Assembly (NCBI GenBank): GCA_001643675.2
Contig: LSRY02000004.1
Coordinates: 434,001 to 498,000 of the forward strand
Source of the DNA: Monocercomonoides exilis PA203
Taxonomy: Eukaryota; Protista; Preaxostyla
Direction: 5' to 3'
DNA length: 64,000 nt
Part shown: piece after piece, positions 32,908 through 44,986 of the stretch
Position numbering within the stretch: position 1 is the stretch's first letter
Layout of the letters: each line of letters starts with the position of its first letter
Program-made: the position numbers and the translations under genes
The notes under the pieces: model-generated
Databases searched by the model: none
What the model saw: the letters and a program-made list of their open reading frames with translations, nothing else
Told to the model about the DNA's origin: nothing

Positions 32908-35900
32908 TCATTTCCTTGATGATTTCATTCTGAAAGACAGTTGAGAGCCAATGGCATCAACAAAATCGTGAAGCGAACTGGTGTCATCTTGGCCTCGAAA
33001 TCGAGCAGAAGAATATGGTGAATATGAAGGCAGTGGAGCTTCATTACGAGCTGATGCATTCATTTGCGTGGAGTCATAAAAGCTTTGTGAAAAGGGAGCA
33101 ATTGGCTGTGAGGCATAGAGATGGCGATTGGACGCAGTGGGTCTGCGCAATTGCGGCGGTGGGCGTGTCATTGGCGGATGAGGAGTGAATAGCTCGTGCG
33201 AAGGGGGAATCTCACTGGAAGCAAACTTGGTTGAGAAGTCATCTCTTGTTGGTGTTGTTGGATTTGATGTTTGAGAAAGAACTTTTTTTATCTGTTTCTT
33301 CTCTTTCTTTTTTCTGGATGTATTTGATTTTGGCTTTTGGATTGCCTCTTTTTCGTCTAACTTCTGCTTTTTGGACATATCCATTTGCATTTCCATAAAT
33401 TTGTTGAGTGTCGTGTGTAAGCTTTGAATAGTCTCCACCAAAAGAGTGGACTGCGCATCTGTTTGTGTTTGTGAAAGAGAAAGTGGCCTTTCGGTCTGAG
33501 CAGTTGGAGCTTGAGGCACAAAAGAACTTAGCCGTTCTGATTGTGAGAGTTGCTGTGAGTATAATTTCTCTTCGAGAACTGGCATAGATAAACTGTGATT
33601 CTGTGAATGTAAGCCAAAGACACCAGAAGAAGCAGGAGAAAATGTCTGTTGTAAATGTGAAGGGGAAGTAACATTAAGTGTATGAGGATTGCCGAGATAG
33701 GGTAAGCTTTGCTGCATTAGTCTTGAATCAGGGGGAAGCATGTAATCTGTTCGAATCGCATCAAACCTGTCTCTGCTGTCGAAGTGTCGATGAGACGTAC
33801 CTTGACGCAATGAAGCGTGTGATGTTTCTGAACTTTCTTCTCCAGATGCTCTTGAGTGTGAATGATGATGCCTATGAGTGCGATGAAGTGTGCTGCCTCT
33901 CTTCGAATGCAGCTCCTCGTAAGGTGACTCCTTGTAACGTGCTGTTGAATGATGTGAATGAGGGCGTGGGCGCATTGTTTGCGGATGAGGTGAACGATAA
34001 ATCTGATGATGGTGTCGGTGGTGACGATGATTGTGATGTGGCTGATGATGGTGAGATCGTGTTGAATATGAGGTGAAATGAGTGCTGGTTGTGTGAGACA
34101 AAGAAGATTCTGAAATGCTGCGTGAAGAAACAGATGAGGCAGTTCGTGAAGTGGCTGTATGACTGTATGACTGTGAGTGTGAAGAAAGCTGAGATGAAAT
34201 GGAAGAAGAAGAAGCAGAACGTGAATATTCGCTTGAAGAATGCTTGAGTCCGCGTTCGTGGCGATCATGGTGATTTGATTGGTGGCGATGCAAGTGTCTG
34301 CGTTGAGTGTGTTGCATGTCTTTATTAGGTAACTGTTGTTGGTGATGGCGATGGATTGATCTTCTTGTTCTTGACTTTTCTTCTGAATTTTCGTGTTCCT
34401 TTTGACTTTTTGATTGATATTCATTTTGAATAGATGAACCTTTCTCTGGAAAACTGGTGAAAGATTCTGTACTCGAAAGTTCCTCTTTATCCTCCACTCT
34501 TTTAATTGCAGTGTGACTTTGATGAGAAAAGAGGGAAGATTTTGTATACTCCTTTTGCCTATGCCTTTCAGATCGACGAGTCGGAGAATTGCTCATCCGC
34601 TGTGAATTCAATTGCGCATCATCTTCTAACTGTCGTCTGCTCCTCGACCGCAAACTGCTTCCATCAGAAGAAGCGCTTGCTGAACTCGGCAATGATTTTT
34701 CGTGAGAACGTGACTGGTGTTTTTGATGGATAGAAGAATGGTTGATTTCAGCTGTATCCTGAAGAGAAAGAGAATGAGAATGAGAATGAGAATGTTTGGC
34801 TGATTGAAATGCCTTTGAGCTTTGAGTTGGCTCAAATTGAGGCGAAGACGCTGTTTGCGATTCTTCTGCAAATGACAGATGCAACGCTCTTTTGGGGCTT
34901 TGCTGATGAGAAGCGTCTTGCTGCAGCATTTTCTGATAGGACGGAGATTTTGCAGGTGGAAAAGAATTTGGCATTGCTCCTTCATGTACAGTTGATGTGC
35001 GCTTATGCTTTGCCATTGAAGGAACGAGCTTTGATGAAATCGGAGGTGCTGTGGAAATAAGCAATGTTTGCTGTTCGTGTTCTTTAAAATGAGATGAAAG
35101 GCTGTTGTCTTTGGGCTCTTGTACCACATCTGATAAACTGGGTTGCTCAAAGGCATTTCTTGTTGCCTTATTTGAGCTTTCAATCAGATCATGTTCCTTT
35201 CTTTCTGCCTTTGAGAAATTCGTGTCTTCCTCTATTGTTTCTTCTTCGTTCTCTGTTTGATTTTCACATGCAACATTTTCAACAACGATTTGAAACTTGT
35301 CACTTTCGTCTTTTCGTCGCTTCTTCATTACATTTACTTCCTCTTTAGCTTGTTGAATCATCTTTCTTAGCTTTTGTATTTCTCCATTTTGAAGCTCTCT
35401 TTCTTTGGCAATTTGAACATGCATTTCTTCTGTTTCTCCTAACAATTGCTTCTTTGAGGATAAGTCTTCTCTTTCTTTCTCAACTTTCTCTCTCAGTTCA
35501 TTCAGCTCTGACTCAAGCTCAATGCTCTCCCTTTCTATCTCTTCACTACATTCAACAGAAACATTGTGTTCTTCATCTTCCCCTTCTTCTTCAAGATCTT
35601 CGTTTTCTTCGTCTTCTGTTGTTCTGCTATTCTTTTCTGCTTGGGCTGCCGAACGCTCCCTCTCTTTCTCTTCACTTCTTTTCCTTCTTTCGTTCTCGAT
35701 TTTCCTTTTCTCTTCTTCAAGACGATGACAAACAACTTCCAATTCTTTCTTTGCCTCTTCCACTTTCTTCTCCAATTCTTCGTTTTTGTCGTCTTCTTGT
35801 TCTTCATTCGTCGTATGTTCACTTTCATCTTCGTCAGAATCTTCCAAAGAAGCAGAATGCAGCTCTCCATCAAGCAAATGGAGCTTGTTTTCCATCTCTG

Positions 35901-38460
35901 TTTCCATCTCTTTCATTTCACTCCTCACACTTTCAATCTTTTTCTGAAGGTTCTTTGCTTCTCTTGCCATTTCTTTCTCTTTGGCATCACGTTCTTCATT
36001 CTCAATACTTTCTCTTTCTTTCAATTTTTGCGCTTCCCGCTTCTCATTTTCAATAGTTTTCGTTAAATCAGCATCCATTTTCTCCATCTCGCTCAATTTT
36101 TGTTCTTTGGCATGTATTTCGATGTTGATCAGATTGATCCTTTCTTCGTGTGTTGCACTTGCAATTCTCTGCTTTTCCTTTTTCCGCTTTTGGATTTCTT
36201 TGTCATTCTCGTCTAACTCTGAAATAGCTTTTTTGAGTGAATTTTGTGTTTCTTCAGCTTGTCTCCTTTGCTTTTCTTGATCTTTTTTCAGTTGTTCTAT
36301 TTGTCTGGACAAACTCAGTTCTTCTCCTCCTCCTCCTTCTTCTTCCTCCAAATCATCGCTTTCACTCCTTTCTGCCCCTCCCTTCTTTCCATTCTGCCTC
36401 AATTGCTCGTGAAAATCTCTCTCTCTTTCCTCTCTTTTCGCTGCCAGTTCTGTCTCTGCCGCTGACAATTGCAGCGCAATCTCCTCTTTTTCCTCAATCT
36501 CATTCTGAAGAAGCATCTGAAGCTCTCTGCATTTCTCTTCTTCTTCAAGAATGATGTTCTCGTTCTGCTCAACTTTGCCTTGCAGCTCTTCTTCTGATGT
36601 GCGCCTGGATTCTCTTTCCTTCTCTCTTTTCTCTCGCAGTGCATCTTTTTCAATCATCTTTGCTTCTTTCGCTTTAAGTTCCTTTTCAAATTTTTCTTTG
36701 TTCCTTTTCAGCAATATTTCTTCTTCTCTGTCTTGTCTTTTCTTCTCAAAAATCGCTTTCCTTTTCTCCAAATTTTGTTTTTCCAGCTGCTCAGTTTCGT
36801 ATTTCAGCTCATGGATTTCTTCATCCGTTCTGCTGTTCTGCTCTTTCAGGCTGTTGATTCTTTCTTCTTCTTCTCTCATCTCCTCCTCAAACTCTCTTTC
36901 TTCTTCCTCTCTACTTGCCTCTGCCTCCTTCTGTTTCTCTTCCTCCTCTTCCTCCTCTTTTTTTCTTTCAATCTCCATTCTTTGCTCATATTCTTCAGTT
37001 TTGTCTCTTTCTTCGCTTTCCTTCCTTGCCAATTCATCTTCTTCATTCAACAATTTCTCTTTTCGGGCAACCCAATCGCTTTCTTCTTTTCTCTGCTTCT
37101 CTTCTTCCTCTTCCTCTTCTCTTTTCTCTTCTGCTCTCTCCAACTCTTCTTCTTCTCTTTCCTCTTTCTTCCACCGCTCGGCTCTCGCCCGATTTTCTTT
37201 TTCCAGCTCTTCTTTTGACAAACGCAGCTTTCGTTTTTCTTCTGCAAACTGCTTCTCAATTTCCTCTTCCTCCTTCTTTTCGCGAGTGGCAAGTTCTTCT
37301 TCATATTTCTTCCATTCAACTTCCATTTCGCCCTCCTTCTCTTTCAGTCGTTCCTCAACTGCTCTGTCTTTGTTGATCCCCATCATCCTAATTGCCATTT
37401 TGAGTTCTTCGATTTCTTTCCTTCGCGCATTCTCGTTCTCATTCTGCTCTTCTTCCATTTTCTCCTTCTTTTCTTCTATTTCTTTCATCAGCTTCTCTCG
37501 CAATGCTTCCTTCTCTGCTCGAAGTTTACCCTCCGTCCTTCTAATTTCTCGCTCTCCTTCTCTCTTCTTCTCTTCAATCTCGGCTCTCCTCTTTTGCTCC
37601 ATCGCTTTCAGTTCAGTCGCTGTCTTCTCTTTGATCTCATCAATCTTCTTCTTCATCGTCGCCTCGGCTGACTTCTTCTCCTCAGCTTGCTTCCGCACCA
37701 TCTCTTCTTTCTGCTTCCGAAATCGCTCGCTGATCTCTTTTCGCTCCTTTTCAAAGGCTGTCCTCATCTCAGCTGCTATCTCTGTCACACGCTTGGCAAG
37801 CTGGTTGAATTCTGTTGGGCGCCTCTGGCCTTGTGGCTGTGGGCTCTGTGCTGAGCTTTGTGGCTGTGTGGCTGAAGAAGTGTCGTTTTGTGTAGATCTT
37901 GAAGCTGTTTGTTCCATTCTTTGATGTTGAGCAGATGATGTTTGATTTAAAGATGGTTGTTGAGCTTGGGAGAGAGAACCAGTTCCTCGATTTGTTGCAA
38001 ATTTTGGAGTTGCTTTTGCTTGAACGGATGGCCTTCCATCGTTTTCAACCTCTTCTTCTTCCTCTTCCTCCTCCTCCTCCTCTTCCTCTTCCTCATCATC
38101 TTCAATGTTTGTTTCCCTAAAAGTTGTTGTAGAACTTGTTTGATTCAGTGTTTGACTTTGTCTTCCAGAAGAAGTCCGAGAATTTGAAGACCGTTCAGTT
38201 GTTGATTTGGGATATGGAGGAGGAGGAGTTTGGGTCCTTGTTCTGTTTGAATTCGTCAGAGGAACAAATTGCTGAGATCCTGTTTGTTGACAATTTTGGC
38301 GCAAATTTCTTGTTGAGTCACTTTGATTCATTAAAGGTGGTGTTGTACGAGATTGAGGCAAAGGATTTGTTGAAGGATTTTTTTCCTTTCTTGGGGCAGA
38401 AACTCCAACAGAAGCAGGCGAAGAAGCACCAGCCTTTGCAAAAGAAAAAGGTGAATCCAT
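32908..38460 (-). CDS. large coiled-coil protein with His/Ser-rich tail (1,850 aa), function unknown
   Basis: 5.5-kb single ORF; E/K/R-rich heptad region of about 850 aa. Confidence 0.85.
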   Translation of the reverse strand: MDSPFSFAKAGASSPASVGVSAPRKEKNPSTNPLPQSRTTPPLMNQSDSTRNLRQNCQQTGSQQFVPLTNSNRTRTQTPPPPYPKSTTERSSNSRTSSGRQSQTLNQTSSTTTFRETNIEDDEEEEEEEEEEEEEEEVENDGRPSVQAKATPKFATNRGTGSLSQAQQPSLNQTSSAQHQRMEQTASRSTQNDTSSATQPQSSAQSPQPQGQRRPTEFNQLAKRVTEIAAEMRTAFEKERKEISERFRKQKEEMVRKQAEEKKSAEATMKKKIDEIKEKTATELKAMEQKRRAEIEEKKREGEREIRRTEGKLRAEKEALREKLMKEIEEKKEKMEEEQNENENARRKEIEELKMAIRMMGINKDRAVEERLKEKEGEMEVEWKKYEEELATREKKEEEEIEKQFAEEKRKLRLSKEELEKENRARAERWKKEEREEEELERAEEKREEEEEEEKQRKEESDWVARKEKLLNEEDELARKESEERDKTEEYEQRMEIERKKEEEEEEEKQKEAEASREEEEREFEEEMREEEERINSLKEQNSRTDEEIHELKYETEQLEKQNLEKRKAIFEKKRQDREEEILLKRNKEKFEKELKAKEAKMIEKDALREKREKERESRRTSEEELQGKVEQNENIILEEEEKCRELQMLLQNEIEEKEEIALQLSAAETELAAKREERERDFHEQLRQNGKKGGAERSESDDLEEEEGGGGEELSLSRQIEQLKKDQEKQRRQAEETQNSLKKAISELDENDKEIQKRKKEKQRIASATHEERINLINIEIHAKEQKLSEMEKMDADLTKTIENEKREAQKLKERESIENEERDAKEKEMAREAKNLQKKIESVRSEMKEMETEMENKLHLLDGELHSASLEDSDEDESEHTTNEEQEDDKNEELEKKVEEAKKELEVVCHRLEEEKRKIENERRKRSEEKERERSAAQAEKNSRTTEDEENEDLEEEGEDEEHNVSVECSEEIERESIELESELNELREKVEKEREDLSSKKQLLGETEEMHVQIAKERELQNGEIQKLRKMIQQAKEEVNVMKKRRKDESDKFQIVVENVACENQTENEEETIEEDTNFSKAERKEHDLIESSNKATRNAFEQPSLSDVVQEPKDNSLSSHFKEHEQQTLLISTAPPISSKLVPSMAKHKRTSTVHEGAMPNSFPPAKSPSYQKMLQQDASHQQSPKRALHLSFAEESQTASSPQFEPTQSSKAFQSAKHSHSHSHSLSLQDTAEINHSSIHQKHQSRSHEKSLPSSASASSDGSSLRSRSRRQLEDDAQLNSQRMSNSPTRRSERHRQKEYTKSSLFSHQSHTAIKRVEDKEELSSTESFTSFPEKGSSIQNEYQSKSQKEHENSEEKSRTRRSIHRHHQQQLPNKDMQHTQRRHLHRHQSNHHDRHERGLKHSSSEYSRSASSSSISSQLSSHSQSYSHTATSRTASSVSSRSISESSLSHTTSTHFTSYSTRSHHHQPHHNHRHHRHHHQIYRSPHPQTMRPRPHSHHSTARYKESPYEELHSKRGSTLHRTHRHHHSHSRASGEESSETSHASLRQGTSHRHFDSRDRFDAIRTDYMLPPDSRLMQQSLPYLGNPHTLNVTSPSHLQQTFSPASSGVFGLHSQNHSLSMPVLEEKLYSQQLSQSERLSSFVPQAPTAQTERPLSLSQTQTDAQSTLLVETIQSLHTTLNKFMEMQMDMSKKQKLDEKEAIQKPKSNTSRKKKEKKQIKKVLSQTSNPTTPTRDDFSTKFASSEIPPSHELFTPHPPMTRPPPQLRRPTASNRHLYASQPIAPFSQSFYDSTQMNASARNEAPLPSYSPYSSARFRGQDDTSSLHDFVDAIGSQLSFRMKSSRK

Positions 38461-39144
38461 TATCTGGTGAAATTATTAAAAAAATTGAATTTAACTGTGA
38501 AGATCGCAAAATCCTGCAAATCAAAGTTTTATTATTATTTAAAAAAAGTAATAAATATTGTCAATATTTCGAAATCAAAAACTAAAATCTTGCTTCAAAT
38601 CACCTTTTCGTTTTTCTTTGATTTTTTTATGAAACTTTACAGCAGAGACCTTTTGATTAAAAAAATAAAGCAAAATTTAAAATGCGATGAAGATTCAAAA
38701 TAAAAATTATGCATGGCAATTTTCAAAAATAATCTCTATTCATTAAAGATAAATGTCATTTGCAGAATTCTATTTCATAGTTTTTATGTGTACGCGTATA
38801 TGAAGCATTGCTAAAGCAAATGAAGGTTAATTCTCATTTTTTGATGTTATTCTTCAAAAATATTCAAGAAAAAATATGTGCAGAAAAATTAAAAGTCATT
38901 AAAATGAAGAAAAAATCAAAAGAAAATGTGAGTGTTTACACATAAATATATAAAGAGGTTCTCAAAAACGAATGATATCTTGAGATTCAACTTAAAAAAA
39001 AAAATTACAGCAAAATTGAAAAGAAAAAACTGAACAATTGTAAATAATCACAAAATATTTCAAAAAAAATTGTAACACGAATCACAAAATGGAAAAAAAT
39101 ACTAAACATATATTCACATTTTATAACTTACGTCGCACAATTCT

Positions 39145-42100
39145 CTATAGTGTTCGGATAAGTTCTCCAATTTGTTTCGTTTGTATATATTTCATTGGAA
39201 TTCCAGATGAACCTGCTGCATTTATAAAAGAAACCCCGATAATAATGATAAAAGTCAGCCAAGGAAACACAAAAGGAATACTGGTGCTCAGCAATATTGC
39301 AAATTGTGATAAAAATGAGTACCCTCCAACAATCCCAGCAATCAGCCCAATCAAGTTTGAAGCAAAAACAACAATAAAACCTTCCTCAATGTAAATACGT
39401 GTCACTTGCCCTTGTGTCATTCCAGCAGCTCTCATCATCCCAATCTCCTTTCTCGAATGCAGCACATTGATAACCATCGCCGTTGCAAGCGTCGCTTGGC
39501 CCATCATCCCAAACCCAAAAGCACTCGCTGCCATCGACTGAATAATATTCCGACGGGCCAGGCTAATTGTCGCTTGGTGATCTTCAATAGTCCACAGTTC
39601 ATAATGATTGCCTTTAACGCCGGCTGGGGTTCCATCTGTTAATGTCGCATGCCTTTCAACCTCAACCAAAGGCTGTGTGTGCCCCTTTAATGTAATGTTC
39701 TCTGGAGCATAAACTTTTGTAACTACCTTCTGGGATGCTATTTCAGAAGCTTGTGCATCTGGCAAGAATTTCTCATTCACTTGGTGAAATTGCCCTTCGT
39801 AACACTCATCATCGCTGACCATTCTGTCATCTCTTTCCATTTCATCTGTAATCCAATTTAATCGACTAACAAGTTCGTGCATTCTATCTTTATTCGCTTT
39901 TTTCTTCAAATGTACAAGCATCTGTGAAAACCTAACATCAGAAAGAGAGCTGTTTTCATTCGGTAGAAGTGATGAGAAAGCCGGAATCGACATTGGAATG
40001 TCGACTGTAGAATACGGAACAAGTGCATTTGGACTATTAATTAAAGGAATATAGTTGATGAATGCATTTGCAGTTATGTTGAAGAGTTTCGATCTTTCAC
40101 CCATTGTAATTGTTCTCCCTGTAATTGAAGATGAACTTCCTCCACTGCTATAATAATCGCCAGACCCAGCTGCAATGTTCAGAATAAACTGATCTCCTGC
40201 TTTGCTTTGCATTGCTCTGCGGACGCTTTTACCTAACACTGTTCCAATTGATTCATCCAACTGTGCATAAAACTGCTTAAACAAATCGTCTCCAGTCTTT
40301 GATTTCTTTGATCGGTCAGTAATAGAAATCAACGACTCATCAATATTTCCAAGAAAGTTCGGAGAAAATGCAAACATGTTCGCTCCGTAAACATGAGAAC
40401 GGCCAACATTGCCAATCACACTCGAAAGTCTTGCACCGTTGCATTCCATCCTGCTCAATGGAACTGTGACCCAAGATACATCCTTAACAATATCATCGTA
40501 CTCGTGAACAACAGAATCAAGATAATGTGTGTTTGTGATCCATCCTGAATTCACCGAAGACACCAACGAACCCACCCCACCTCCAAGTTCAAATGGATCA
40601 TAGGGCCTCTCTGGCACTCTTGACGTTGCAGGGACAAGTGATGTGGTGAGGTGCGGAGGAACATAAAGATGGAGATCTGCTGGGTGCTGCGACATAACTG
40701 ACGTGTCCATGGTCGACACTATTCCTTCTGCAAGCATCTCCAATGCAACAATTATCCCCATTGTAATCGAGCACAACAGCGTTGTACTCCTATTTTCCTT
40801 TCGGTGGGCAACAATATTCCTCAATGACATCATCCTGATTGCCTTGTTTTCCATGAAAAACACGATTTGTGACACAGCGATCTCCACAATATGCACACCA
40901 CCCAATAAAATAGCTATGATGCCGACGATGATCATTATAAGGAGAATAATCAGCGCAACAAGCAGAATTCCCATTTGCGCACTGAGCATCGCAACAGGTG
41001 TCAGAAAATACACACATCCCCCAACACAGAAAATAAAGAATCCAAATATGAGAAGAGTGGGATTCGACTTCATATCGCTGCTTCGTTCGATGTTTAATTC
41101 CACAGCAGAGTTTGTCAGATGGTCGACATCGATTGCATCCATTAAATTCTGAGACGTGCATCGTTTAACTGGATGGTATAGCCCAAATGCCAGTGTAACA
41201 ATAAGAATAAGAAGAGTATATCCAAAAAATTGAGGGGGCAAAAGATAACTAAGCTTCAATCCAGCGGTATTTCCCAGTACAGCCATGATTGGAATATTTC
41301 CTATCGCAGCCAGAACAAAGCCTATAACTATCGAAGGGATTGTATAAAAAAGCGCCATTGTTACAAGCAGTCCAACAACTCCCTTTTTCGACAGCCCGTG
41401 AACTCGCATCATCCCAAAGTCAAAAGCGCGACGACCCACCATCAGCATAGTTTGTGTGTGTATCTGCAGAATTGCGCACACAACGAGAACAATTATTACG
41501 AAAATAAAAGTTGCATCAAAAATGGTTCCTATGAACCCAAACACGATGTATTGCTCTAATACAGGAAGACGAATATTGATTTCATTGAAAGACAATGCAT
41601 AGCCAATAGCAGATGACCATTCTTCAAAAATTCTGGCATATAGTCATGATTGTATGCGTCAAAGGTTGTAAGATCGCATTACATATTTTCGGTGAAATGC
41701 AGTATTAAAAAATAATTTGATTGATTAAAAAAATGAAGGTGTAAAAATTGTGAGAATATATTCGAATTATTGAATAACAATTTTTTTTTCAATAAAAAAT
41801 TATGAAGAAAGAGAAAGAAAGAAGTTGAAAGGACACACTTTCTGGTTTTTTCTGTCGAAGAACGCAGATACGACTCCATTCGAGGCATTTGCCTTGTGCA
41901 CACAATCGACGTTGCAAAATGGCGCAAATCAAGTGACAGCCAATCTTTTTTCGGAACAAAAATAAACGCATCAGACGGAAACGTTTCTACAAGCTATTCA
42001 CATAAATCAATTATTTCATGAGAAAAAATATGAAAAGCATAATCAATGCATCGTTCATTTTTTAAAAAATTCAGAATAACAGATATACCATTTCCCAAAA

Positions 42101-43114
42101 AAAATCCAATTCAACAAAAACAGAATGATCATTGCCAGTCTTTCCGAGTGCTCCTGAAGAAATCTTTACAAAAATATTAAATTTTCGTGTTTGTAAAGTT
42201 AATGGTTTTGCATTTTTATCGATAAATGACAGAGAAATTTGTAATCGGAAAGTTAAACAAAAAGTTCATACATCATAAACTTTCATTGCTAAATTTGTAA
42301 CTGGCAATACATCCATCACAAAATTCATTGCACTTGGATTCTTCCTTTTCACTGCTTCTCCTACAATTGGAGTCAGTTCTTTTGCTGTTACATTCATGTA
42401 TATAATATCTCCCACTGATACTTTAAGTTGTTCTGCTAACTTTTTTGTGATTATTGTCTGACCCTTTGGTATTGGATTAGATTTCCATTCCTTTCCAATA
42501 GATATGGATTTCTGGAAGAAAAATATATTATTTCAAAATAATAATCATTCATTTAAAATTGAGATAAAAATAAAAACTTCATTTTGAGTATCAAATGCCA
42601 CAAATGATACAGAAATTGCTTCTGATGATTTTCTTAAAAGTACAAATTAATAATATATCTCATTGAAAAGATTCAATAGAAAGAAAATACATTACGTCTG
42701 ACCATGTTGTTGTATTAGTGCTAACCCTTGGTGAACACAATGAAAACTAAATAAATAATTTGAAATTTTTGATTTATTTTTTTGATAAACCTCTTTTCCA
42801 ATGCTTAATAAATGTTCTTGGGCTAGTGTTGAATTAATGCCAAATGAGTTTGTTGAGTTACGAGGTGTGATTTCCAGGTCAATTTCCCCAACAGATGATT
42901 GAGATATTAAAAACGTAACAACTGACATCTTATCCAAAACAGATAGCATAAGTGGAATAAATAGGCAGGCAATAGTTACTCTAATAAAAATAATAAGTAT
43001 AAATCAATTAAATTTGTGCAAACCCAAATACATTGCAGCAATAATCACATGGATGCTTCTTTCTCTCTCTGTTGCTTTGCACGATAAAAAAATATAACAT
43101 TCTACTACATTCAT
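39145..43114 (-). CDS. FtsX/MacB-type (type VII) ABC transporter permease, two permease domains, multi-exon
   Basis: RAFDFGMMRVHGLSK and RKEIGMMRAAGMT motifs, QLKVSVGDII, 816-aa last exon, several small 5' exons starting MNVVECYIF. Confidence 0.85.
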
Positions 43115-43467
43115 TACTATTTAGGCACCTATGTTCCTTTGATTCTGGAATTCTATTTTTCTCTTTTCTCATATCTTTTATCAATAAATAAATTTTTATA
43201 TATGTATGGGATTATTGATCAAACAAAAAATAATTAAAATTTATTATTGTTATCTTTTTTTAACAATCATAAAAAAATACAAATAGCAAACTTGAATAAT
43301 ATTCTTATGAATTATGCCAATTTCTCACTTTGTTTAATTATAGTTCAAAAAATAATTAATTCTTGATTTTTTTGAAAATTGTGTTGAAACGTTTGCAGAG
43401 CGGAAAATTCTGTGCAATATCGTGCAAATGTTCCTTATTAGGGAGCAAACTTATTATATATATATAT

Positions 43468-43705
43468 AGGTAATTCTATTAGAAAAGTTGCAAATATTTA
43501 ACTTTCAAATAAATCAAAATTTTCATATTTTGTTCAAATTTTTGTAAACATACACCAGACTTCACTAATATGTATCCATTATTGGATATTGCTATTTCAT
43601 GCATTCAAGTGAAGTTTCGTGATGTTAAAAAAATTTTGAGCTGAATATGAAGATTTAACATTATTTGAAAATAAAACATTTGCGACTTTTCAAAAGGAAT
43701 TACCC
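43468..43705. mobile_element. 238-bp MITE with imperfect TIRs and AT flanks
   Basis: AGGTAATTCTATTAGAAAAGTTGCAAAT vs reverse complement of the right end GGGTAATTCCTTTTGAAAAGTCGCAAAT (23/28; similarity extends to ~45 bp). A related end lies at ~46454-46475. Confidence 0.6.
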
Positions 43706-44482
43706 ATTTTGTAAAAGTCAAAATTTATATTTAAAAAAATAAATAAATAAAAATAAAAATAAATAAAATAAAATAAAATAAATAAGAAATAAATAAAAAA
43801 TAAAAAATAAAATAAAATTTAATAATTTTTAAGAATATTTGTTGAAATCAGTTATTAACGTTTTAAAAGACAAATCTTTGATACAGCTTTCTATTTATCA
43901 TTTTAATTGAAGAGAATTCTCAATGTTATTATTTGTCATTTGTTATTTCTCCTCTTGAGTGATTAAGCGAGCTGGAATCATTATTCATTTTTTATGTTTG
44001 ATTTTTTTTTATGAAATAGTGTGAATATTAAGTCTCAACGTCAAAATTTTTCTCATTCCTAATATTATGAAACATTCATTTCACTTCTAAAGTAAACCTC
44101 TGTGAAATGACAAGAGAAAATTGAAAAAATGATAAAATGACTGACAAGATATTTATGATTTGTCAAAAAGGGTTATTAATAACGATTTCATAATTCTTTA
44201 TTTCTATAATAATTAATTTGTAAATCTTCATGAAATAATTCTAATTATTTTGAAAAAATCAAATTTTTTATTCATGAGATCAAGTTCCCAATATTTATTT
44301 TTTTTGACACGAAATGTCAGTTGAGGAATATTTTGGTCACAATTTGTCATTGACAGTAACTGACGGTCACTGACATTAGAGAAAAATCGACAAGATATTA
44401 CAGATGCAATCAACAAATCTTTTCCAATTTGTTTTGAAAAGTCTTTAGAAGTTTTTGCAATAGTTAATTTTATATTCATAAA

Positions 44483-44528
<46 letters not shown>

Positions 44529-44820
44529 CTTGTGACAGACGAGGCTTCAAGTTATTTGTCAGGTCACAGAGCTATATTCTAAAGAGCGCACAAAATATGA
44601 AATCGAAATTATTAAAATTTATCTTTTCCCACATAATTGTTAACAACTTTCTGACACAAATTTTTTCGATATTTTTTTGAACAACAAAATTGGAAAAAAA
44701 TATTATTTTAAATTTTCACCCAGATTCAAGACTTGCTGATTATTCGACGAATTTTTGGCTCCTTACATTATTGTTATTCCATCTTAAAACAACAATTTTA
44801 TTGCGTCGACTTTATGATGA

Positions 44821-44949
44821 GACTTTTATTCTTATTGGAATTTTTTTATTTTTTTCAGTTTTTGCTTGCCAACTGTTTAAAAGCGCTGATTGGCTTTCCG
44901 CTTTAACAAGTTTTTTTTAGTTTTTGCTTATTACACAACGAGAAAATTC

Positions 44950-44986
<37 letters not shown>

